Origin: Candidatus Moraniibacteriota bacterium
GTDB lineage: Bacteria > Patescibacteriota > Minisyncoccia > Moranbacterales > JAPLXC01
Direction of reading: 5' to 3'
Assembly (NCBI GenBank): GCA_026396275.1
Contig: JAPLXC010000007.1
Location: forward strand, 37,084 to 101,083
DNA length: 64,000 nucleotides
The notes beneath the pieces were generated by a model, which saw only the letters and a list, made by a program, of their open reading frames with translations, had not been told where the DNA came from and searched no databases. The translations under genes were made by a program, and so were the position numbers. Positions 56,551 through 64,000 of this stretch are shown here, one piece after another; within the stretch, counting starts at the first letter, position 1, and every line of letters begins with the position of its first letter.

Positions 56551-59346
56551 TTACGGCGCTACTTCTTTCCAGCTTGGACCGCAGTTCTTGGTCCCGGGGC
56601 AAACGGAGTTGCCGCAACTGTCATTGCAATTAGTGCCCTTGCAAATACTAGCTTCGCAGCCGGTGTTGCAAACACACACGGGGAGAGATGAAACATTGAC
56701 TGTGAAATTTACCGTATAGCCGCTACTGGCGGAGGATCTCATACTCACTCCTTCGGAGCCGGGATTATCAGCTGTTAAAACTTTAGGATTAGTGCCAGAC
56801 AAACTAACCGCGTTGTTAGGAGTATTATTGTCGCTCCAGAAGACAAGATTGGAATAGGTAATATCCCCGCTTGCATCGTCACACGCCGATGAGAGATTAT
56901 GGCAGGCCTTCAGATTTAAAGTTTGACCAACTGTCATAGTTCTGGAAGACTCATTGGCAATTAAAATTCCACTGTCGCAGGCATTCACGCACAATTTTGT
57001 GGTAGATGATTGGTACTGAATGGGAACATGAGCGATGGTTTTGATATAATTTGCCGCCTTATTTAAACGACCGTATGCCATAAGATAAGCGTAAAGATTG
57101 CCATTGGAAAAACTACCGGGAGCGGTTCCTTTATCGCCGGATCCGGGAAAGGAAAGAAACGTTATGTCATAGATGAAATAATCATTAGAAGAAGGACCCG
57201 GAGGAACAGACGGAAAAGTATAGTAATTAACCGCTGAAAGCGAGGAAGGACTGACGATTCCTGATTCACTGCTTCCGTAAGGTTCAACTGTATAGCTGAA
57301 CTGCTCACTGGAAATGCTGAACTGCAAGTTGTCCAGATTAGTAGCAGAGCCGTTTTCACAGACATTATTGGACAACATCCCGCTGAATGTTATCGGATTG
57401 CCCGCCCCGAACGAAGAATTGGGAACTGGATTTCCCCATTCCGTCAGATATAAACCTTCGGGGACACCAGAACTAGAATTATAATAATAAAAATCCATCA
57501 CGACTTGCGAAGAGCGAGCTGGCAACACAGTGTGGGATATTCCCGCTGTCATATAGCATCCGGGACTGGCTTCTATATAATCAATAGAACCGAAATAAAT
57601 ATAGCGACTGTCTCCGCTAAATTGTCCTTGGCTTCCAGTGTTAAGCATGGGCTGAATCTCGTTAAACGAGGAATGAACTGTTTTAGGAAGCATAACATAA
57701 TTTACATTTTTTAAAATTTCAAATATTCTGCAGCTATCACTGGGGGCAAAGGGGAAGGTGATAGGAGAATCAGTTATTATGAAGTGCCCCTCATCGCCAT
57801 TCCGATCTCCTTTCAAGCGCAGTCCGAAATAGTCCGGGGTGTATTCCGCCTGGAAGCAGGGATTGTCTCCATAATCCTTTATTGAGTTATCTGTACAACC
57901 TTTACCGCCACCAGGATAATCCTGCGATTGAACCTCCGGAGAAAATCCAAGCAGTACTGCCGAAGCCAAGGCCAGGGTTCCGATAAAAACGAAGATTAAC
58001 ATAACATTCTGCCTTTTTCTGATCTTCCAGATTACCAAAGCACTGATAATTAGCACTAAAACAAGTGCCCCAACGGCGGCGATTTTTCCTGCCGTCATTT
58101 TTCCTTTGGCTTTTTCAACTTCAACTGGAGCTGATTTAGGTCCTTCCAGTAAGGAGGATAAATCAGAGGGATTGAGTTTGACTGAATAACTGTCCAGAGT
58201 TGAGTTATCCTTTGATATTTTCGCTTCAGCGCTTAAAACCGCGGCCAGTTTTTCTGGTTTCACATTAGAAAGATCAATAGCCACATTTTCCGTGAAAGTT
58301 CCGGAGAGCCGGATATCTTTTTTAGCCGAGCTAAGAATTTCCCCGCCATTCTTGATGTCAACAGACAGCGTTCCGGTTCCGGCATTGGACATATCCGCCG
58401 GCCCGGCGTAACTCACAGCGAAAGTTAATGCTTTCTTTCCAATTTCCCCTTGAGAGGAAGCCAGTGAAACACTTAGTATTTTAGCGCTCACTCCTTTCAC
58501 TACCCAGCGGAAATAGACCTCATTGGAAACAGCTTCATTTGTTTGGAGATCAATGATCTGGATTCTGGCTAAATACGATCCTCCCGGCTTATCTATTTGA
58601 GGAAGAACGATGGTTAAATTGCTTTTGCCAGCTGAAACAGCTAAATCTTGAGTTTCTTCTTTTAATTTTTCCAGTAAGGTATCGCGGTAATAAACCTGAG
58701 TTTTTATTTTGACATTTTTGAGATCAGTTTTATTCTCTACCGTAAAAGCGGCTTCTATCTTGTCTCCCTTATCAACACTTACTCCTTCAATGGGAGAGCC
58801 GGCGGCCGTTCCGTTCGCCAGCAATTTAGTATCGGAAATGGAAAGATATTTCCCGCTGGCGTCAGTCACCGTAATTTTGGCGCTTTTCCAACTGGCCATC
58901 GTGCCAGATGATCGGAATGCTTCGATTAGGAACAGGTGTTCGCCGGATTGGAGATTAAGGGGAACAACGTAACTAAAATTAATATTCTTTTCCCCTAGGA
59001 TGCCAAGGGAAATAAAATCTGGAGATATTTGAGTATCAATAGGAACACGGGGTGTGTTGTCAATATACCCTTTCCCTGTGTCTCCGGCTGGCTTCTCAAA
59101 GAGCCGCATTTTGTAGCGCAAATCAGAAACAATTTGGCCGCTGTTATTTACCAGCGTAAAGCTTCCCGTCAGTTTTTCTCCCGCCTTAACAGTACCGCTG
59201 CCTAATTTAATATCCTTGATTTGAATTTCCGTAGGACTGGCATTCATCCCGCTGTTTCCCGTCTGGGCCGAAGCTAGGAAGGGAATCAGCCCCAAAAACA
59301 GGAATGGCGCTAAGGCAAAAAGATAAACTTTTTTGTTTTTCCGCAT
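56551..59346 (-). CDS. Large surface protein (Ig-like, internal TM hairpin, Cys-rich tail ending WKEVAP)
   Basis: 931-aa ORF with signal peptide. Confidence 0.8.
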   Translation of the reverse strand: MRKNKKVYLFALAPFLFLGLIPFLASAQTGNSGMNASPTEIQIKDIKLGSGTVKAGEKLTGSFTLVNNSGQIVSDLRYKMRLFEKPAGDTGKGYIDNTPRVPIDTQISPDFISLGILGEKNINFSYVVPLNLQSGEHLFLIEAFRSSGTMASWKSAKITVTDASGKYLSISDTKLLANGTAAGSPIEGVSVDKGDKIEAAFTVENKTDLKNVKIKTQVYYRDTLLEKLKEETQDLAVSAGKSNLTIVLPQIDKPGGSYLARIQIIDLQTNEAVSNEVYFRWVVKGVSAKILSVSLASSQGEIGKKALTFAVSYAGPADMSNAGTGTLSVDIKNGGEILSSAKKDIRLSGTFTENVAIDLSNVKPEKLAAVLSAEAKISKDNSTLDSYSVKLNPSDLSSLLEGPKSAPVEVEKAKGKMTAGKIAAVGALVLVLIISALVIWKIRKRQNVMLIFVFIGTLALASAVLLGFSPEVQSQDYPGGGKGCTDNSIKDYGDNPCFQAEYTPDYFGLRLKGDRNGDEGHFIITDSPITFPFAPSDSCRIFEILKNVNYVMLPKTVHSSFNEIQPMLNTGSQGQFSGDSRYIYFGSIDYIEASPGCYMTAGISHTVLPARSSQVVMDFYYYNSSSGVPEGLYLTEWGNPVPNSSFGAGNPITFSGMLSNNVCENGSATNLDNLQFSISSEQFSYTVEPYGSSESGIVSPSSLSAVNYYTFPSVPPGPSSNDYFIYDITFLSFPGSGDKGTAPGSFSNGNLYAYLMAYGRLNKAANYIKTIAHVPIQYQSSTTKLCVNACDSGILIANESSRTMTVGQTLNLKACHNLSSACDDASGDITYSNLVFWSDNNTPNNAVSLSGTNPKVLTADNPGSEGVSMRSSASSGYTVNFTVNVSSLPVCVCNTGCEASICKGTNCNDSCGNSVCPGTKNCGPSWKEVAP

Positions 59347-59386
59347 ATGTTTTTTGTTTACGCTTTAGTTAGTTAACTGCTTGAAA

Positions 59387-60238
59387 TTATACCATATTTT
59401 TCCTCCTTAACAAAAAGGTAGCTGTGGATAAAATAATTAGCGCTATTGATAATATTTGCCCCAGCGTAAGCCAATTATTTGCCAAAATTGCTCCTTTCTC
59501 CGGCTCGCGGAAAAATTCTATAAAAAATCTAAAAAAACCGTAGCCGAAAAGATATAACATAAAGCATGGAACATGGAACACTTTATTTTTATATTTTATT
59601 CCATTTCTCAATGCCCAAAGAATGGCAAACAGCACTATTCCCTCCAGAAATGCTTCATAAAGTTGCGAAGGGTGGCGCAGCAGTCCCAGTCCATCAGCCG
59701 GAAAGTACATTCCCCACGGCAGATTTGTCGGCACGCCATAGAGCTCGCCGTTTAAGAAATTTCCTATCCGACCGAAAAAGTAGCCGGCGGGAACGGCGGG
59801 AATGACAAAATCGGCCAGCTGCCAAAAATTAAGATTATTTCTTTTGGCGAACACAAGGCCGGCAATTATCACTCCGACAAGCCCGCCAAAGTAGCTCATT
59901 CCGTAAAAACCGGTATACTCAAAGCCCGCAATCTGCAATCCGTAACCCTCTATGCTAAACGGCAAAAAAATTTCCAAAGGATGTTGAAGATAATACGGCA
60001 AACCATAAAAAATAACATAGCCCAGCCGCGCGCCAATAAGTAATCCTATAATCAAATAAATCATTAAATCCGGAATGGAAATTTTATTTGGCGACTCTTT
60101 TATTCTATATTTAAGTAATAAATACACTGTCAGGAAACCCGCTAAATACATAATTGAGTACCACTTAACAGAAAAAGATCCGATTGAAAAAACAATCGGA
60201 TTGATGTGTTCAGGAATATGTTGATACCATTCAAGCAT
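59387..60238 (-). CDS. lgt: Prolipoprotein diacylglyceryl transferase
   Basis: GARLGYV, GRIGNFLNGELYG, HPSQLYE, EFFREP. Confidence 0.96.
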   Translation of the reverse strand: MLEWYQHIPEHINPIVFSIGSFSVKWYSIMYLAGFLTVYLLLKYRIKESPNKISIPDLMIYLIIGLLIGARLGYVIFYGLPYYLQHPLEIFLPFSIEGYGLQIAGFEYTGFYGMSYFGGLVGVIIAGLVFAKRNNLNFWQLADFVIPAVPAGYFFGRIGNFLNGELYGVPTNLPWGMYFPADGLGLLRHPSQLYEAFLEGIVLFAILWALRNGIKYKNKVFHVPCFMLYLFGYGFFRFFIEFFREPEKGAILANNWLTLGQILSIALIILSTATFLLRRKNMV

Positions 60239-61292
60239 TATAGTCCTTTAATTGCCCTTTAAACTCAATCGCGTAAATCTCCCAAAGGGTGAGAAAAAGC
60301 GCCATGATAATGGGACCGATGAGAAAACCGGGAAGGCCAAAAACCGCCAGTCCTCCCAAAGTGGCGAAAAAAACCAAAAGAGGATGCATTTGAGTGTCAC
60401 GCCCCACTAACTTGGGCCGGAGCAGGTTGTCAATGGTGGAAATAATTCCTAATCCCACCGCTAAAATTAAAATTCCCTGCCAAACATTGCCCAAAAGAAT
60501 CATAATAACGCCGGCTGGAAACCAAACGACGGCCGGACCCACCATCGGAACGAAGGAAAAAATCAGCATCAGCACCGTCCAAACAACCGGTGAAGAAACA
60601 CCAGCCGCCGCCAAAGTAATGCCCCCGATAGTTGCCTGAATAATGCCAATAACCAGCGACCCTTTGAGCGTAGCCCGGGTAATGGAAACAAATTTATCAA
60701 TGAGCAGTTTTTCGTGAACATCCCGCAAAGGACTAAGTTGCGTAATTTTCCGAACTAACTTACCTCCGTCAGTTAAAAAGTAAAAAAGAGTAAAAAACAT
60801 TACGAAGGTCCAAAAAATAAAATGGACTGCGCCTTGGTAGGTTTTTTGAATGATATTCAGCGCTCCTTGGCTGATGTTTTTGAGAGAATCAATTGTTTCT
60901 TTCTGCTGGAAAAGTTTCTCCAGTTCAAAATTTTGAACGAGGGGAAGATTTCTAAAATACTGCAATCCCTTATTCAGTTGTTCGGGAAAGACCGTTTCCC
61001 CGGCGGAGATGTCTTTTACTAAAGAAGCGACTTCATTGGCTACCAGCCCCAAAATTACAAAGAAAGGGGTGACGATTACTATTATTACCAAAAGAGAAGT
61101 AAGCAAAGCGCTCACGCCGGAGCGATTCCCGGTAATTTTGAGGAAAAAGCGGTGGGGTTTTTGAAAAATGACGGCTAAAATCGCCGCTGTTAAAACAGCC
61201 GTGAGAAACGGCTGGAAAAGAAAAAAAGCGATCGCGCTCACTAAAACGAGAACAAGAAAGAAAAAATATACATTAAAATTGCGAAGTTCCAT
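60231..61292 (-). CDS. AI-2E family transporter
   Basis: DNLLRP, HPLLVFFATLGG..FG..GP motifs; start reassigned to MELRN. Confidence 0.92.
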   Translation of the reverse strand: MELRNFNVYFFFLVLVLVSAIAFFLFQPFLTAVLTAAILAVIFQKPHRFFLKITGNRSGVSALLTSLLVIIVIVTPFFVILGLVANEVASLVKDISAGETVFPEQLNKGLQYFRNLPLVQNFELEKLFQQKETIDSLKNISQGALNIIQKTYQGAVHFIFWTFVMFFTLFYFLTDGGKLVRKITQLSPLRDVHEKLLIDKFVSITRATLKGSLVIGIIQATIGGITLAAAGVSSPVVWTVLMLIFSFVPMVGPAVVWFPAGVIMILLGNVWQGILILAVGLGIISTIDNLLRPKLVGRDTQMHPLLVFFATLGGLAVFGLPGFLIGPIIMALFLTLWEIYAIEFKGQLKDYNA

Positions 61293-61362
61293 TCGTTTTG
61301 AAATAAAACCGGCATCTGCTAAAATTATATCATAGAGAAAACTAATATCAAATTTAAGAAAA

Positions 61363-62121
61363 ATGGAGCACCAGAAAATTTCAGTGGTCATTCCCTGCTT
61401 TAACGAGGGAAAGACGATTTATCAAAATATCAAAAAAATAAGCGAATACCTTGTCCAGAACTTTTCCGATTTTGAAATTATCGTTGTCAACGACGGCAGT
61501 ACTGACAATACTCTTTCAGAATTGCGCATCGTCAAGCAGGAAGTGCCGCTCAAAATCATCAATAACGAGCAAAATGAAGGTAAGGGCAAGGCAGTGAGAG
61601 ACGGAATTTTGGCGAGCAGCAATGAGATTGTGATGTTTCTGGACGCTGATCTGGCTATTCCTATCGAGGAACTGGGAAAGTTTATGGAAGAATTAAAAAA
61701 AGGCAACGACATTGTCATTGCTTCCCGCTTTATTCCCGGTCTTAAAATTTTAAGGCCGGTCTTGTGGTATCGCAAAATAATGGAAAGAATATTTAGAGCC
61801 CTGCGAATGATAATGCTCAATTCCTGGAAAGTCAAAGACACCCAGTGCGGCTTCAAGGTTTTTCGGAAAGAAGTCGCTCAACGGATATTTTCTATGGCGA
61901 CTATCAACCGTTTTGCTTTTGACGCGGAAATAATCTTTGTCGCCAAAAAATTCGGCTACCAAATAAAGGAATTGCCAATTTCTCTTCAAAATCCGCCGAA
62001 AAGCCATGTCAGAATTTTCCGCGATTCTATCAATATGTTTTTTTCCCTCATAAAAATCCGCTTTAACGACTTAAACGGAATATACAAATGGAAACAGAAA
62101 GTAATTACCGAAAAAAACTAA
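61363..62121 (+). CDS. GT2 glycosyltransferase (polyprenyl-phosphate sugar synthase-like)
   Basis: SVVIPCFNE, NDGSTD, FLDAD, DTQCGFK. Confidence 0.92.
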   Translation: MEHQKISVVIPCFNEGKTIYQNIKKISEYLVQNFSDFEIIVVNDGSTDNTLSELRIVKQEVPLKIINNEQNEGKGKAVRDGILASSNEIVMFLDADLAIPIEELGKFMEELKKGNDIVIASRFIPGLKILRPVLWYRKIMERIFRALRMIMLNSWKVKDTQCGFKVFRKEVAQRIFSMATINRFAFDAEIIFVAKKFGYQIKELPISLQNPPKSHVRIFRDSINMFFSLIKIRFNDLNGIYKWKQKVITEKN

Positions 62122-62780
62122 TCGTCTCGGCTGACGATTTTGGCCTAAGTGGCAGGGCAAATGAAAATATTTTGAAATTAGCCAGGCTCGGAAAAATTGA
62201 CCGGGTCTCTATTTTAATTAACGGATTTGTTTTAATGGAAGATATTAAAGAGCTCCAGAAAAGTAATGTTAAGATTGATTTGCATCTCACTTTTCCGGAA
62301 GGAATAAGAAAAAGAAGGGGAATAATTCGCCGTTCTTTCGTGTTTCTTTCCAAATACGCTCTTCACAAGTCAAGCGTTTCGGTTCTCGAAAAAGAATGGC
62401 GAAAACAGATTGACTTGTTTTTTGAAAATTACGGCCGCGCGCCTGACGGCCTGAACTCGCACGAATACATTCACTTTTTTCCCGCCTATTTTAAGATAGC
62501 TGCCGGCCTTTGCGAAAAATATAACATTCCATACCTGCGCTTCGGAAAAAAAGGCGTGATAAAAAACAGCAGCGCCGTTTCCAGAATACTAGGCATCCTT
62601 TGCGAAAAAAACAAGCGTGCCTTTTCAGCTTCGGGATTGCTGACTTCGGATTACCTGATCAGTCTTGACTGGATAAAGGACGCGCAAAAATTAAAAAACT
62701 CCTTCCCGAAAGGAACAATTGAAATTGTTTGCCATCCGCAAAGAGAAAAAGAATTTAAAATAATTAGACAGAATTTCTAA
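62088..62780 (+). CDS. YdjC/ChbG family deacetylase
   Basis: SADDFG, DLHL, NSHEYIH, VCHP. Confidence 0.88.
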   Translation: METESNYRKKLIVSADDFGLSGRANENILKLARLGKIDRVSILINGFVLMEDIKELQKSNVKIDLHLTFPEGIRKRRGIIRRSFVFLSKYALHKSSVSVLEKEWRKQIDLFFENYGRAPDGLNSHEYIHFFPAYFKIAAGLCEKYNIPYLRFGKKGVIKNSSAVSRILGILCEKNKRAFSASGLLTSDYLISLDWIKDAQKLKNSFPKGTIEIVCHPQREKEFKIIRQNF

Positions 62781-62823
62781 GCCAGCCAACGCCTGTGATC
62801 CCCGCTAAACTTTCATTCACTTC

Positions 62824-63393
62824 CTATTCCTTGCAGCAATCCATTATCTTTTCAATGATATTTCCCAATTTTCCCCAGAGGGTGATTTTTTTTCCGCCGG
62901 ATGGAGAATCATCTCTCGGAACTATCACTTCCAAATTTTCTTCCTTATTTTCTGCCTCGCTTTCTATGTCTTTAACTCCCAACAAATCAAGATTTAATCC
63001 CCAGAAAATATTCCAGAGAGTATAGGCCTTGTCAAATAATTCTCTGGCCTCTTTTTCTTCACCCACGCCTAACTTTTTCGTTCCAACCTCAATAAAACGC
63101 ATCGCCGCCGCCAGCAGGTGCTTGGAAATGCACCATACCTCTCCTTTGGTATTTTTGACAATCTTCGCCAGCATTTCTTTGCGCATTTCTCTTACTTCCC
63201 CGAGAAGCTGCAAAAAATTATCGTCTTTTGTTTTTTGATAGGTAAAGTAAAAATGTTCTTCCAGTGAAATCAAATTCATTACTCCGATTCCCAAGTCCTC
63301 TTTGGAGGAAAGATCAAGCTCATGGCTTTTTTCCTTCAGAACTTTTATTCTGTCAAGAAGGTTACGAACTTTTTCTTCATTATGAGTAGTCAT
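62824..63393 (-). CDS. Hypothetical protein (WCISKH motif, C-terminal CCKE)
   Basis: 189-aa ORF. Confidence 0.75.
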   Translation of the reverse strand: MTTHNEEKVRNLLDRIKVLKEKSHELDLSSKEDLGIGVMNLISLEEHFYFTYQKTKDDNFLQLLGEVREMRKEMLAKIVKNTKGEVWCISKHLLAAAMRFIEVGTKKLGVGEEKEARELFDKAYTLWNIFWGLNLDLLGVKDIESEAENKEENLEVIVPRDDSPSGGKKITLWGKLGNIIEKIMDCCKE

Positions 63394-63410
63394 AAAAATC
63401 TAATAAAAAA

Positions 63411-63845
63411 TTAAAGCATCCAATAAAATACAGCACTTATCGCCAGCAGTCCAGCTAAAGGAATAATAATACGCTGGTAATGAAAATATATCTGGCCGTT
63501 ATGGCGGGAAATAGCAAAATCATTTATCTTAGCAATGAGGAAAAGCATCACGGCTCCCGCCAAAGAGCCGGCAATTACCCTAGGAAGTCCCAAAATAATA
63601 ACAGAGGAATCCCAAGAAAGCTGCCTATAGATTGGGAAAAAGGAAATAAGCCAAGTTGCCAGCAGAATAAGCCAAAAACTGAAAGGGAAACCCTTCCCTT
63701 TTTTAATTAAAAATTTATTAAGGACAACCGAAAATGACACGATGAGGGCTCCAATCCACAAGCCCAGAATAAATTCATCAACTCCCAGCAGACGAGCCAG
63801 TCCCAGACCACCGGCTATTCCTACCGGGCAAAGAGGGCCGCACAT
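63411..63845 (-). CDS. Membrane protein with N-terminal CPLC-like motif
   Basis: 144 aa, 4 TM segments. Confidence 0.75.
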   Translation of the reverse strand: MCGPLCPVGIAGGLGLARLLGVDEFILGLWIGALIVSFSVVLNKFLIKKGKGFPFSFWLILLATWLISFFPIYRQLSWDSSVIILGLPRVIAGSLAGAVMLFLIAKINDFAISRHNGQIYFHYQRIIIPLAGLLAISAVFYWML

Positions 63846-64000
63846 ACAGCATTATGTGAATTTTAACTTTTACAACTGTTTTATTATACTCTGTTTTTAG
63901 AGTTTAGAAAAGCGATCGCTTCCCAACCAGTCGCTTTTCTAAATCATGTCTTCAATTATTCCCGTCAGTCGGAAAATGCCAAATACGCTGGAATGAAAAA

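Noticed and set aside
63939-64000. Partial minus-strand CDS at the window edge
   Set aside because: Only ~20 codons are visible, too few to support a call.

Overview
This 64-kb chromosomal segment comes from a small-genome Patescibacteria (CPR, Parcubacteria; Moranbacteria-like by gene content and style, which is an inference) using genetic code 11. Housekeeping blocks are secG-rsmI-uvrA, rpsF-ssb-rpsR-efp, recA-rodZ-ftsK, rpoB-rpoC, tRNA-Gly/smpB/tmRNA/infC-rpmI-rplT, cell-envelope hydrolases and lgt. They flank a ~20-kb accessory island (~13.4-33.3 kb) of mostly minus-strand small genes. The island holds a LexA-DNA methyltransferase fusion convergent with a TaqI-like endonuclease, plus a KAP NTPase, Fic, RusA-like, GIY-YIG-like, SET-domain and AbrB-like genes, but no integrase or transposase. 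Its most unusual property is architectural. Cargo genes are preceded by short 3' tails of other genes (three AbrB-like tails, an HsdS tail, a Vsr-like tail) or bracketed by 20-36-bp direct repeats. Eight orphan units share a promoter + boxA-like + strong Shine-Dalgarno + terminator layout that housekeeping genes lack. The window is also rich in heptamer-repeat hairpins and REP-like palindromes, some inserted in-frame into conserved genes. All calls come from reading the sequence by eye; no database searches were run.
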